DNA of 64,000 bases from Eledone cirrhosa (taxonomy: Eukaryota), in the NCBI GenBank assembly GCA_964016885.1, contig OZ024741.1, forward strand, positions 188,294,001 to 188,358,000, read 5' to 3'. Shown in pieces: positions 14,794-28,512 of the stretch. The notes beneath the pieces were generated by a model. It saw only the letters and a program-made list of their open reading frames with translations. It was not told the origin of the DNA and did no database searches. Made by a program: the position numbers and the translations under genes. Positions within the stretch are counted from its first letter, which is position 1; every line of letters starts with the position of its first letter.

Positions 14794-16105
14794 TACTCTT
14801 TTACCTGTTTCAGCCATCTGGCTGAGGCCATCCTGGGGCACCGCCCTGTTGCTACACATTTTATCTCCAGCCTGTATTAGTTGGCCACTGGTGCAAGAGG
14901 GAGTTTGTTGCTGCTGCCCTTAGGTTTCCCTCGTGCCTTGCTGTGGGCTCATCCGGGATCCTGGATAGCAAGGTGTCGAGATGTTTCTTGAAGACATCCA
15001 CATCCACACCATGCAGATCTCTCAGATCCCTCGGCAGCTTGTTGAAAAGTTGAGGGCCTTGAACCCCAGGCGATTACAATATCTGCTTCTTATTCTAGTG
15101 ACGTTCTGTTTGACAGTTGGCCCAGCTCCCAATGCCCAAGTTTGGTGCTAGTCCCTCCAGGATTTTTCCACATGTAGATCACTGCGTATCCCTCCCGTCT
15201 TCGTTTCAAGGAGTAGAAGTTCAGTTCTTTTAGCCTCTCCCAGTAGCTTATCTCCTTCATCGTCGCAATCCTCTTGGTGTAGCTTCGCTGGATTGCATCA
15301 AGCTCCGTGGTTAGTTTAACACTATGGGGTGACCACAACTGGGAGTAATCAACTGGGAGTAATAGTCCAGGCGGCTTAGGACAAATGTCCTCCATAGTGT
15401 CAACATGGTGTCTCGGTCTCTTGTCCGGAAAGTCCTCAAGATCCAGCCAGCGAGTTGTCTGTACATTGTCGCCACTTTCATGATGTGTGATGAAAAAGAT
15501 GTATCATCGCTCATGTCTATACCCAGGTCTCGTATCGATTCTGACACGGAGATATCAGTCCCTCCTGGTCCGGCGTAACTGTGTTGTACTGTATTTGAGT
15601 TTGCAGGCTTGTATTGTAGGGCTTGGAATTTGCCAGCATTAAACTGCATGTTATTATCTTCCGCCCATTTGTATATGGCATCCAGATCTTGTTGTAAAAG
15701 GGCAGCGTCAGCCGGGTTTTTGAATGCCTGTGCTACCTTAGTGTCATCAGCATAGCTAGTGAGGGATGTTGTTGTATGTACTACAGAGGGCATGTCTGAG
15801 AGAGCCACCAAAAACAGTAGTGGTCCCATGACTGTGCCTTGGGGCACCCCACTTGTTATTGATGTTTCCTTTGAGAGGGCCCCGTTTGCTGCGACTGTCT
15901 GGCTTCTGTCCTTTAAGAAGTCATGCAGCCACTCACCTACTTTTCCAGTTATGCCAAGTCCGTGTAGTTTGTGACATATCATTCCGTGGTCGACCTTGTC
16001 AAAGGCCTTTGTAAAGTCAAGATATATGACATCCACATGTCAGCTGTCTAGCAGTTGTTTCAGTATCCAGTCATAGTGATGTAGCAGCTGTGTAAGGCAG
16101 CTTCT
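14794..16105 (-). mobile_element. 5'-truncated CR1/L2-group LINE (RT pseudogene plus 3' tail)
   Basis: DVIYLDFTKAFDKVDHG...SGVPQGTVMGPLLFL...YADDTK...LDAIQRSYTKRI..YWERLKELNFYSLKRRRE. Frameshift at a 14-bp tandem duplication (caactgggagtaat x2, ~15336-15363). Confidence 0.9.
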
Positions 16106-16214
16106 TATACATATATATATATATATATACATATTTATATACATATATATATACATACATATTTATATACATATATATATATACACATATATATATACTT
16201 ATGTATATATATAC

Positions 16215-16253
<39 letters not shown>

Positions 16254-16492
16254 CTTATGTATATATATACATATATATATACATATATATATACATATAT
16301 ACAAATATATATACATATATATACAAATATATATACATATATATATATATACAAATATATATACATATATATACAAATATATATACATATATATACAAAT
16401 ATATATACATATATATATATATACAAATATATATACATATATATATATATACAAATATATATACATATATATATATATACAAATATATATAC

Positions 16493-16523
<31 letters not shown>

Positions 16524-16538
16524 CATATATATATATAC

Positions 16539-16585
<47 letters not shown>

Positions 16586-16594
16586 CATATATAT

Positions 16595-17738
16595 CATCAT
16601 CATCATCATCATCAACGTTTAACGTCCGTGTTCCACGCTTGCATGGGTTTGGACGGGGGTAGTCCCACTTGAGGCAAGAGTGATTGTCTTGCTCGCATAG
16701 GACTGTCTGGCAGGTTTTCTACAGTTGGATGCCCTTCCTAACACCAACCACATTTACAGTGTGGGTCTGGGAGGTTTTTACCGTGTTGCCTACACGGCCA
16801 CATTACAGCGTGGACTGTGTGTTTTTTTGTCGTGACACCTACACGATCTCATTTGTTTCGGCCTCGATGGCGCGGCACCAACATAACTTTACATAGAACG
16901 GGGTGGTGTGGATGGGGTGGGGGCGGGGGTGGTGGGACGGGGTGTATTTTGTTAGAGATGCCTACTGGCTGGAGTAGGTTTTACTATATATTTAGGTAAG
17001 GCGGGTCTTCTCTGTTACTGAGTACCGCCAAAGGTCTCGGTCCAGTGACATTGTCTTGGAGAGGTGTAAGTGTGTGATGTCGGAGTTTATCAGCTCGTCC
17101 CAGGTTTTCCTAGGTCTGCCTATTCCGTGACTACCGTCTATCTTTATTGCCCTGCACTTTGTTATACAGCTATCGACTTTCATGCGCATCACGTGTCCAT
17201 ACCAACGTAGCCTTCTCTCGAGTAAACAACATCTGATCCCTCTTATCTCTAATTTTTTCCTTAGTTCGTTTATGCTTTGCTGTTCACGTATATTACTGTT
17301 ACACATCCAGCGGAGCATGCAAGCTTCGTTCCTCTCTAGTCTGCGTATATCCTCTGCACACAATGCCCAGGTCTCACTGCCGTGCAGCATTGCTGTTCGT
17401 ATGCAGGCATCGTACAACCTGCCTTTCATTTTTAGTGAGAACCCTTTAGCAGCTAATAGTGGTATAAGCTCTCTGAACTTTTTCCAACCAGTTCTGACTC
17501 TAGCTACAGTACTTTCAGAGCACCCTCCCCCACTGCTGATTTTATCGCCCAGGTAACGGAAGCTGTCCACTATTTCTATAGAACCCTCTGCGCAATTGAA
17601 AGAGCTAGTAGTTTGTGGGCACTTGCTGCTACTTATTGCACCAGAGCACCGGCCACATGTAAAATCTATGTTCTTAGTTAGCTTACCTGTGATCCCACTA
17701 CATCTTTTATGCACCCATACTTTGCATTTAGGACATAA

Positions 17739-17740
<2 letters not shown>
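16595..17740 (-). mobile_element. RTE-clade LINE 3' portion (family 1)
   Basis: [15 protein letters not shown]...CGRC...VDSFRYLGD...MLHGSETW...[11 protein letters not shown]...GRPRKTW, then 3' UTR and (TGA)n tail. Confidence 0.9.
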
Positions 17741-17810
<70 letters not shown>

Positions 17811-17853
17811 CATATATATATATACATATATATATATACATATATATATATAC

Positions 17854-17932
<79 letters not shown>

Positions 17933-18227
17933 CATATATATATATACATATATATATATACATATATATATATACATATATATATATACATATATATATA
18001 TATACATATATATATATACATATATATATATACATATATATATATACATATATATATACATATATATACATATATATATATACATATACATATATATACA
18101 TATATATATATACATATACATATATACATATATATATATATATACATATATACATATATATATATATATACATATATACATATATATATACATATATACA
18201 TATATATATAAATACATATATATATAC

Positions 18228-18264
<37 letters not shown>

Positions 18265-18597
18265 CATATAATGTTTAAGTATCGCTGGAGAGAAAAAAAA
18301 GGCAAGATAGGCGATACATATATTTAGTTGCCAATAGTTTGTGCATATGTGCTCAATACTCGTGCCTACAGGGTTAAATATTAAAATCGTCAATATTTAG
18401 TGGGCGAGAAAAAATAAGCAGAGCGATTATAACAGAAATGAATACAAGGAGTTTCAAACATATATATATATATATCTATATACACATATATATACATATA
18501 TATATACACATATATATACATATATATATATATACACATATATATACATATATATATATATATACACATATATATACATATATATATATATACACAT

Positions 18598-18666
<69 letters not shown>

Positions 18667-18835
18667 TATATATACACATATATATATATACACATATATA
18701 TATATACACATATATATACACACATATATATATATATATATACACATATATATATATACACATATATATACACATATATATATATGTATATATACACATA
18801 TATATACATATATATATATATATGTATATATACAC

Positions 18836-18866
<31 letters not shown>

Positions 18867-19032
18867 CACATATATATACACATATATATACATATATATA
18901 TAGATACATATATATATACACATATATATACATATATATATACATATATATATACATACATATATATATACATATATATATACATATATATATACATATA
19001 TATATACATACATATATATATGCATATATATA

Positions 19033-19697
19033 TATATATACATATATATATATCAAATCCTCTGCCTCCTTCACTGTATTTGTCACCAAAACTATGTCGT
19101 CGGCAAATTCAGCATCTGATACCTTTTTCACCTTAACTCTCCTGCTCTGAGCCGGTGCTACAGTAAAGCCAGAGTCCTGGTGTTTCTCCAGTGCAAGGCG
19201 CATACAATAGTCCACTACGATGATAAAAAGGTAGGGAGCCAATGTATCTCCCTGGAGCACTCCAGCCAGTATCTCAAAGAACTCTGTCATCCCATCAGGT
19301 GTAATGACTTGGACACTGACCAAGAAACTCACTCAGATGGTGGATGGGTGCTACACGAGAATGCTGAGGATGGCTCTGAACATTAATCAGTATACACTGA
19401 GGATGAAAAACTCAGAGCTGTATGGGAGTATCCCAAAAGTCAGCTCAAAAGTGACACAGAGGAGACTCAGGTTAGCTGGACATGCTCACTGACATCCAGA
19501 GTTGACATTGCACTCAGTACTCCTTTGGGAGCCCCTACATGGACACACTAGAAGAGGAAGACCAAGGTTAACGTATGTTGATGCCCTAAGGTCAGACACT
19601 GGTCTGTTGAAGATGCAGGACATGGCAGCGATAATGAGGGACAGAGACTGCTGGAGAGAACTCGTCCATGGATCTCGGGAATTTTACCCGCCTTAGA
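19033..19697. mobile_element. RTE-like LINE with internal inversion
   Basis: 19033-~19310 on minus encodes RT core VITPDG...[19 protein letters not shown]...EFADD. ~19305-19697 on plus encodes the C-terminus [22 protein letters not shown]...RRLRLAGH...GRPRLTYVD. Confidence 0.85.
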
Positions 19698-19732
19698 GAT
19701 ATATATATATATATATATACATATATATGTAC

Positions 19733-19763
<31 letters not shown>

Positions 19764-19818
19764 TATATAGATATATATATATATACATATATATATACAT
19801 ATATATATATACACACAT

Positions 19819-19901
<83 letters not shown>

Positions 19902-19987
19902 CATATATATGCAAGCAGGGAAAAGTGGACGTAAAATGATGATATATATATATATATATACATATATATATACATATATATATATAC

Positions 19988-20046
<59 letters not shown>

Positions 20047-20143
20047 TACATATATATATATACATATATATATATATACATATATACATATACATATATA
20101 CATATACATATATATATATATATACATATATACATATATATAT

Positions 20144-20222
<79 letters not shown>

Positions 20223-20225
20223 TAC

Positions 20226-20256
<31 letters not shown>

Positions 20257-20461
20257 ATGAACCTTTCAAGGATTTACACAAGTCCAGCCTCCTGTCATTT
20301 TATTATAATATTTAACTCCGGACTAACACCAACTACAAAATCGAAGAAGGTTGAACTGCTTTACGTTGAGTACTCTCCATATTATTACATTAAGATTGAC
20401 CATATGGAATTGACGAGCATGAACCTTCAAACTTGAATAAATATATATATATATATATATA

Positions 20462-21310
20462 CATCATCATCATCATCATCATCATCGTTTAACGTCCGTG
20501 TTCCACGCTTGCATGGGTTTGGATGGGGGTTTTCCCACTTGAGGCAAGAGTGATTGTCTTGCTCGCATAGGACTGTCTGGCGGGTTTTCTACAGCTGGAT
20601 GCCTTTCCTAACACCAACCGCATTTACAGTGTGGGGCTGGAGGTTTTTACCGTGTTGCCTACACGGCCACATTACAGCGTGGACTGTGTGTTTTTTTGTC
20701 GTGACACCTACACAATCTCATTTGTTTCGGCCTGGATGTTGTGGCACCAACATAACTTTACATTGAAAAGGGACGGTGTGGATGGAGTGGGGGTGGTGGG
20801 ACGGGGGTGTATTTTGTTAGAGATGCCTACTGACTGTAGTAGGTTTTACTTTGTATTTAGGTAAGGCGGGTCTTCGCTATTACTGAGTACTGCCAAAGGT
20901 CTCGGTCCAGTGACATTGTCATGGAGAGGTGTAAGTGTGTGAGGTCGGAATTTATCAGCTGGTCCCAGGTTTTTCTGGGTCTGCCTACTCCGTAGCTACC
21001 GTCTATCTTTATTGCCCTGCACTTTGTTATACAGCTGTTGTCTTTCATGCGCATCACGTGACCATACCAACGTAGCCTTCTCTCGAGTAAACAACATCTG
21101 ATCCCTCTTATTTCTAATTTTTTCCTTAGTTCGCTTATGCTTTGCCGTTCACGTATGTTACTATTACACATCCAGCGGAGCATGCAAGCTTCGTTCCTCT
21201 CTAGTCTGCGTATATCCTCTGCACACAATGCCCAGGTCTCACTGCCCTGCAACATCGCTGTTCGTATGCAGGCATCATACAACCTGCCTTTCATTTTTAG
21301 GGAGAACCCA
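20462..21310 (-). mobile_element. RTE-clade LINE 3' portion (family 1, second copy)
   Basis: Highly similar to 16595-17445 ([20 protein letters not shown]...KTRLT plus the same UTR). Confidence 0.9.
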
Positions 21311-21342
21311 TATATATATATACATATATATATATCTTTACA

Positions 21343-21374
<32 letters not shown>

Positions 21375-21381
21375 CATATAC

Positions 21382-21422
<41 letters not shown>

Positions 21423-21424
<2 letters not shown>

Positions 21425-21700
21425 TTGTTATACTTGGGGAGGGTTATATTTGTGTAATATTGCCAGAATTAATAACAGAACACACTCACTGTTTGGTTGG
21501 TTTTCGCTTTACGCTTCTGTGTCTTTTATATCAGTAATCTAATTTATTCGGTCCTCAATGTTGCCATTGACTGACCAACAGTCAAAAATCATACAGATAC
21601 AATATAGACACAAACACAAATATATAGTTTATCAAAGTTCTTTAGTTGCACATCTGCAACATCGTCAGTGGTGCTATAGATTCCTCCCGTTGCATTGTAT
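21423..21700 (-). mobile_element. Diverged arm of the 7332-7800 family with degenerate hammerhead (21631-21672)
   Basis: acca CTGACGA t gttgca-gatg-tgcaac TAAA gaactttgat. Terminus ...accctcccaagtataacaatat abuts (TA)n. Confidence 0.65.
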
Positions 21701-22116
21701 TTCTACGCCATCTTTATTTAGTCTGTTTATATATTTATTTATTTATTTATTTGTTTGTTTGTATATTTTATTTTGTCTTCTTTGCGCATGCGTTTGCGTG
21801 TGTGTATAGTGTTTTGTTTGATGTGTGTTCGTGATTGGGTGACTGTGTATTGGTTAATGTATTCTATGTTTACTAGTGTGTGTTTATATGTGTTTGTTGT
21901 TATTGTGCTTGTGTATGTATTTATTTATTTATATATATATATACATATATATATATACATATATATATACATATATACATATACATATATACATATATAT
22001 ATATACATATATATACATACATATACATATATATATATACATATATATATACATATATAAACATATATATATATATATACACATATATATATACACACAC
22101 ATATATATACACACAC

Positions 22117-22147
<31 letters not shown>

Positions 22148-22156
22148 CATAAATAC

Positions 22157-22231
<75 letters not shown>

Positions 22232-22484
22232 GGAGGTGAGTTTTATTGTAGTACAATAAAGCAATGCAGATATCGGATAATATGTTGATTTAAAACTGCA
22301 CTATTCACAAGTGTTTTTTAACCTTCATATCATGTCTCCCTATTTTATCTGACGAAAACGCAAATGTCATCGCATGATGATATTTGTTTTTGAAATGCGC
22401 ATAATAAAATACATGGAACTCTTTTAACCATCTTTTGATCTTATTTATTATATATATATATATATATTTATTATTATTACTATA

Positions 22485-22518
<34 letters not shown>

Positions 22519-22633
22519 CATATATATACATATATATATATACATATATATACATACATATATATATACACACACATATATATATATACACACATATATA
22601 TACATATATATATATATACATATATACATATAC

Positions 22634-22682
<49 letters not shown>

Positions 22683-22729
22683 TGTAAAAGAAATTAAAGA
22701 ACGCCTACATACTCATACAATTTTTATTT

Positions 22730-22774
22730 GCTGACAATGTTTCATCCATATCATGGGGCAGGATTCATCAGAGC
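22730..22774 (-). ncRNA. Minimal type-I hammerhead ribozyme, GUC site
   Basis: gct CTGATGA atcc-(13 nt)-ggat GAAA catt GTC agc a AATAAA. Stem I gct/agc, stem II atcc/ggat, intact core. Confidence 0.75.
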
Positions 22775-23338
22775 TTTATACAAAAATACTGAGCTGAGTA
22801 TAAGCTCTACCAAGCTTAGTCACATGAACATTAGAAATACATTAGAGGGTAACAAGAGGGAGATCAGAAATGGGGAGTATGGAGAGAATGCATAATGGGG
22901 TTGTTATTCTACATTACAGCTACATACGAGGGTACAGGCAAATTTTTTCACAAGAGGCGGAAGCACGTGAGGGCGCACATGAACAAATAAAGCATATAAC
23001 GAGAGTTTAAACATATAGTAATAAAGTAAATTTTGTTTGTTAATAGATAAATTTTAAGAGTTAGTGTGAGATTAATTATTTTAGTCGAAAGATGTGTGAA
23101 TGTTTGAAAATCAAAAAAGAGGAGATACGTAATGTGCTTATCTAAGAAACTGTCACGAAGAGGATAAATTTTTCTAATGTCAGTTAATGATTATCAATCT
23201 ACATCTAAAAAATGTATCTTTAGAAGGTGTCATTACAAAAATAATAATGTAAGAATTAAAAATTAAAAATTAAAATTATATACATACACACACACACATA
23301 TATATATGTATATATATATATATATATATGTATATATA

Positions 23339-23394
<56 letters not shown>

Positions 23395-23436
23395 AATATA
23401 TATGTATATATATATATGTATATATAAATATATATG

Positions 23437-23521
<85 letters not shown>

Positions 23522-23558
23522 GTATATATATATGTATATATATATATATAAATATATG

Positions 23559-23606
<48 letters not shown>

Positions 23607-23680
23607 AATATATATGTATATATATATATATATATGTACATATATATATATGTATGTATATATATATATATGTATATACA

Positions 23681-23734
<54 letters not shown>

Positions 23735-23931
23735 ATATATATATTAAAAGAAATTTTTTGCTGAAAGGTATTACAAATATTAGAGATATTCACATTTAGA
23801 AATATTAAAATATTAAAAATATTAATAATTTTAAATTGTTAAAGAGGATAGGATCATTTTGAAGGATTATAGGAATATTATAAATTAAACATAGTTCTAA
23901 ACGTGGAATTTTATACATATATATATATATA

Positions 23932-24836
23932 CCCAGTCCACACTGTAAACGTGGTTGATGTTAGGAAGGGCATCCAGCAGTAGAAAACCTGCCAGACAGT
24001 CCACGCTGTAATGTGGCCGTGTAGGCAACACGGTAAAAACCTCCCAGCCCCACACTGTAAATGTGGTTGGTGTTAGGAAGGGCATCCAGCTGTAGAAAAC
24101 CTGCCAGACAGTCCTATACGAGCAAGACAACCACTCTTGCCTCAAGTGGGTAATTCCCGTCTAAACCCATGCTACCGTGGAAGATAGACGTTAAATGATG
24201 ATGATGATGATGATACACATATCATCATCATCATCGTTTAACGTCCCTGTTCCACGCTTGCATGGGTTTGGACGGGGGTTTTCCCACTTGAGGCAAGAGT
24301 GGTTGTCTTGCTCGCATAGGACTGTCTGGCGGGTTTTCTACAGCTGGATGCCCTTCCTAACACCAACCACATTTACAGTGTGGGGCTGGGAGGTTTTTAC
24401 CGTGTTGCCTACACGGCCACATTACAGCGTGGACTGTCTGGCGTGTTTTCTACAGCTGGATGCCCTTCCTAACACCAACCACATTTACAGTGTGGGGCTG
24501 GGAGGTTTTTACCGTGTTGCCTACACGGCCACATTACAGTGTGGACTGTCTGGCGGGTTTTCTACAGCTGGATGCCCTTCCTAACACCAACCACATTTAC
24601 AGTGTGGGCTGGGAGGTTTTTACCGTGTTGCCTACACGGCCACATTACAACGTGGACTGTCTGGCATGTTTTCTACAGCTGGATGCTCTTCCTAACACCA
24701 ACCACATTTACAGTGTGGGACTGTGAGGTTTTTACCGTGTTGCCTACACGGTCACATTACAGCGTGGACTGTGTGTTTTTTTGTCGTGACACCTACACGA
24801 TCTCGTTTGTTTCGGCCTGGATGTTGTGGCACCAAC

Positions 24837-24840
<4 letters not shown>
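23932..24840. mobile_element. Two tail-to-tail RTE family-1 3' UTR fragments, the second with a tandemly amplified 112-bp unit
   Basis: Plus copy 23932-24210 and minus copy 24222-24840. The unit start ggactgt recurs at 24319, 24431, 24543, 24654 and 24766. Confidence 0.85.
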
Positions 24841-24922
<82 letters not shown>

Positions 24923-24964
24923 CATATATACATACATATATATATATATATTACATATATATAT

Positions 24965-24995
<31 letters not shown>

Positions 24996-25094
24996 TGCAT
25001 ATATATATATATATATATACACATATGTATACTCTTTTACCTCTTCCAGCCATCCAGCTGAGGCCATGCTGAGGGACTGCCCTTATATATATAT

Positions 25095-25530
25095 CAACAT
25101 CACCGTTTTACGTCCGTTCTTCCATTCTAGCATGGGTTAGACGGCTTGTCCTGTTGTGGGCAGTGTCCGGTCAGCTGACTTTGTCTTGCGCACATGGGAA
25201 CTGATGCTGGCTTGATTTCTACAGCTGGATGCCCTTCCTAACACCAACCTCATTTACAATGAGTGCTGGGTGCTTTTTTTCCATGGCGCCTACACGTCCA
25301 CTTTACAGTGTGGGCTGGGTGCTTTTTTGCCGTGGCACCTCCACGACCACTTTGCAGTGGAATGATATGGACCCCATCCCTATCATCTCATTTCTACAGC
25401 TGAGTAAACTGGAGCAATGTGAAATAAAGTGTCTTGCTCAAGGAAACAAGACCTCACCCGGTCTGAGATTTGAACTCACAACCTTTCAATTGCAAGGCCA
25501 ATGCTCTAACCACTAAGCCATGTGCCTCCA
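25095..25530 (-). mobile_element. SINE family A with long RTE family-2 tail
   Basis: 25350-25530 is the SINE A head, and 25095-25350 is nearly identical to the 3' UTR at 62620-62875. Confidence 0.8.
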
Positions 25531-25683
25531 TATATATATATATATATATAAGTTAATCCGGGTTGAATCGGAGGTAACCACAGTAAGTAAGGTACTCAAT
25601 ACATAGCAGAGTATAAATGTTTAATATAGAAAAGCTTCTTTCCCAGAAAAAATATAAATACCACCATATTTACTTGGACAGTC

Positions 25684-25734
25684 AGCTTCCTGATGATTTT
25701 GCATGAATGAAACAGTTCTAGTCCTGTAGAAGCT
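25684..25734 (+). ncRNA. Type-I hammerhead motif, GUA site, weak stem II
   Basis: agcttc CTGATGA ttttgcatgaat GAAA cag-ttctagtc-ctg TA gaagct: 6-bp stem I and 4-bp stem III. Overlaps one arm of a 22-bp inverted repeat (25618-25639 / 25728-25749). Confidence 0.65.
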
Positions 25735-25746
25735 TTTCTATATTAA

Positions 25747-25823
<77 letters not shown>

Positions 25824-25856
25824 TATATATACATATATACATATATATATACATAT

Positions 25857-25896
25857 ATAGGAACAAGTAAGACCCCGGGGTCTTACTTGTTCCTAT
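25857..25896. repeat. Perfect 40-bp spacerless palindrome
   Basis: ataggaacaagtaagacccc|ggggtcttacttgttcctat. Confidence 0.95.
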
Positions 25897-26734
25897 TACC
25901 CACTCTACTACCCTAAGTATTGAGTACTTTGGTGCGTTATGGTCAACCTGGTTCCTTACCACATTTCCTTCGTTATATACATATATATATATATACATAC
26001 ATGTATACATACACACACACATGTATGTGTAGGTATCTATATATGTAAACACACAAACACATACAAAAGGAATCATATATATGTATATATGAATGTGTGT
26101 ATGTTTATACGTACACATGCATGCACACTCATATGCATACGCATATACATACATGAATAGTTTTCATTTCAAGTGCAGAACCTAAGCCTAGCAATTAAAA
26201 CTATTTTAGGCATCACCAATTCACTATAGCTTCTTTAAACTGGGAGATGATGGGTGGTTTGGAAAGTTTGGGCAGTGTTGCCTTTGTCAACAGGGACTAT
26301 AATAAACTACATATACTGTATATACACACATATATAGACATGCATGCATATTAACAGACACAAATATACACACACTCACTGCCACAAACTGTCTACATGC
26401 ACATGCCCACACAATAACACGCACATACATGCACACACAGATATAGACACAAAGATACACACACAGATTCACACAAGCTGAATACTCACACATACACAAA
26501 CCCATGCAGACACAATCACGCAAATCCTATACACACACACATACACAAACACACACATGCAGAGACCTGCAGGCACAAACACACATGCACATACACACAC
26601 ATGCAGAGACCTGCAGCATACACACATGCACATACACACACATTTATATATAATTATCTATATCTATATATGATATAAAAGGTTTGAACTTCCATCATCC
26701 CTTTGAGAAACACGAGCCAATGACACGCTTTACA

Positions 26735-26968
26735 GTCAGGCAGAAGATGAACCATCTCCTAGAGGTCTCTATTCTTGGAAGCAATCATCAAAGAGAAAAT
26801 GCATTTATTCCCAAGATACCTCTTATCCCTTCCCCTACCGAGCTGCCTTTCAAATTCTCAAGACTTCAGTTCCGTAGCCAGTTTTGCTATGACTGTACAT
26901 AAAGCTCAGGCTCAGTTTCAAAGTTGTAGAATTGAATACAAAAGAATCGCTATTTACCCATGGACTTA
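26735..26968 (+). mobile_element. Helitron Pif1-like helicase fragment (frameshifted)
   Basis: FIPKIPLIPSPTELPFKFSRLQF / SFAMTVHKAQAQ / VVELNTKESLFTHG resembles the Helitron motif IPRIPLIP..LPF.F.RLQFP...AFAMTINKSQGQ...FSHGQLYVA. Confidence 0.85.
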
Positions 26969-28512
26969 CCAGCAATTATCCCAGTGCATTACTGGTGCTT
27001 TATTTTATCGACCCCCGTAAGGATGAAAGGAAAAGCTATTCTCGGCAGGATTTGAACTCAGAACGTAAAGGAACATAACTCTATGCTGCAAAGCATGGTG
27101 TCTGACGCTCTACTGATACTGCCAATCCACAACAATAATAATAGTTTCTTATATAGGCACAAGGCCAGAAATTCTGGGGGAGGGGAAAGTCGATTAAAAT
27201 CGACCCCAGTGCGTGACTGGTACTTTATTTTATCGACCCTGTAAGGATGAAAGGCAAAGTTAACCTCGGCGGGATTTGAACTCAGAACATAGGGGGCCAT
27301 AACTCTATGCTGTAAATCATGGTGTCTGACGCTCTACTGATACTGCCAATCCACCATAATAATAATTTCTAAAGATAGTAATATCAATTTATGCCTAGCA
27401 ACTGAGTTTAATATAGAATCCCAAACAAGTAGAATGAAACGAAACAACCATGCATGGTCAGTCTAATTCCAAAATAAGAAAAAGAATTGGTAAAAATTCT
27501 GATTAAATTCATCCAATTGTAAAATTGGTCAAATTTAATCACTTTTGTTTCCACTTTTATCTTGAATCAGTTCAAATTGTGAACAAAAATCAATTTGTCT
27601 GACCTCAATAATCAATATTAAATACTAAATGTAGTGCATATGATGTTGATGATGATGGTTGTGGCCTGAAAATATCTAATTCAAAACAAACAGAATACAA
27701 AACAAACCAAAATCCTTCCCTCCCGCAACCAATGCTACAAAAAAAAAAAAAAAGTAAAAAAAATTACCCAGTGTTCTTAGTTAATCACTTGACCTGCTAG
27801 AAATAGTACCTAATTTATCTTTTAATCACACCACATTATTTTGATTGGCAGTATCAGTAGAGCGTCAGACATCATGCTTTGCAACATAGAGTTGTGGCTC
27901 TTTATGTTCTGAGTTCAAATCCTGCCAAGGTTAATGTTCTCTTTCATCCTTACAGGGTTGATAAAATAAAGCACCAGTAATTCACGGGGATAATTGCTGG
28001 TCTTGTGCCAAAAGTATTAAAAATAAAAAATAAAAAAAAGATAACATTAAATAATGCAGTCCTAGATATGCTCCAAATAGAAGAGATAGGTCTGGTGGAT
28101 CATGGCTGTCTTGGGGCTAAACAACAACAACCACTACCCAAGGTTATACTTTGTGGCCAGATAAACATTACATCATTTTAAAATGTCTTCCTTTTCTAAA
28201 CATATAAGTGGAATAAAAAAAAAACAAAAAAACAATAATAACGTTGATTTCTGATATGGCCCCAAGACCACAAATCTTGGGGAAAAGAGATGATACAGTT
28301 AACCCTTTCATTACTATATTTCTAATAAAAGACACTATTTGAATGCCTTAACCACTAAGCTACATGCCTCCTAATTTGCTTTAGAAAAATATTGTTACAT
28401 AACTTGTACTTTCAAATATTTTACAGTTACATCTAGAGTCTGACAGTGAATATCGCTAAATATTCATATCGATGTAGTTTTTTATATTGACATTCTTGGA
28501 CATTCTTGGACA

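Noticed and set aside
23190-23230. IHFLDV-like Penelope RT motif on minus, upstream of the 22730 hammerhead
   Set aside because: Six residues followed closely by a stop in AT-rich DNA. Too weak without a profile search.
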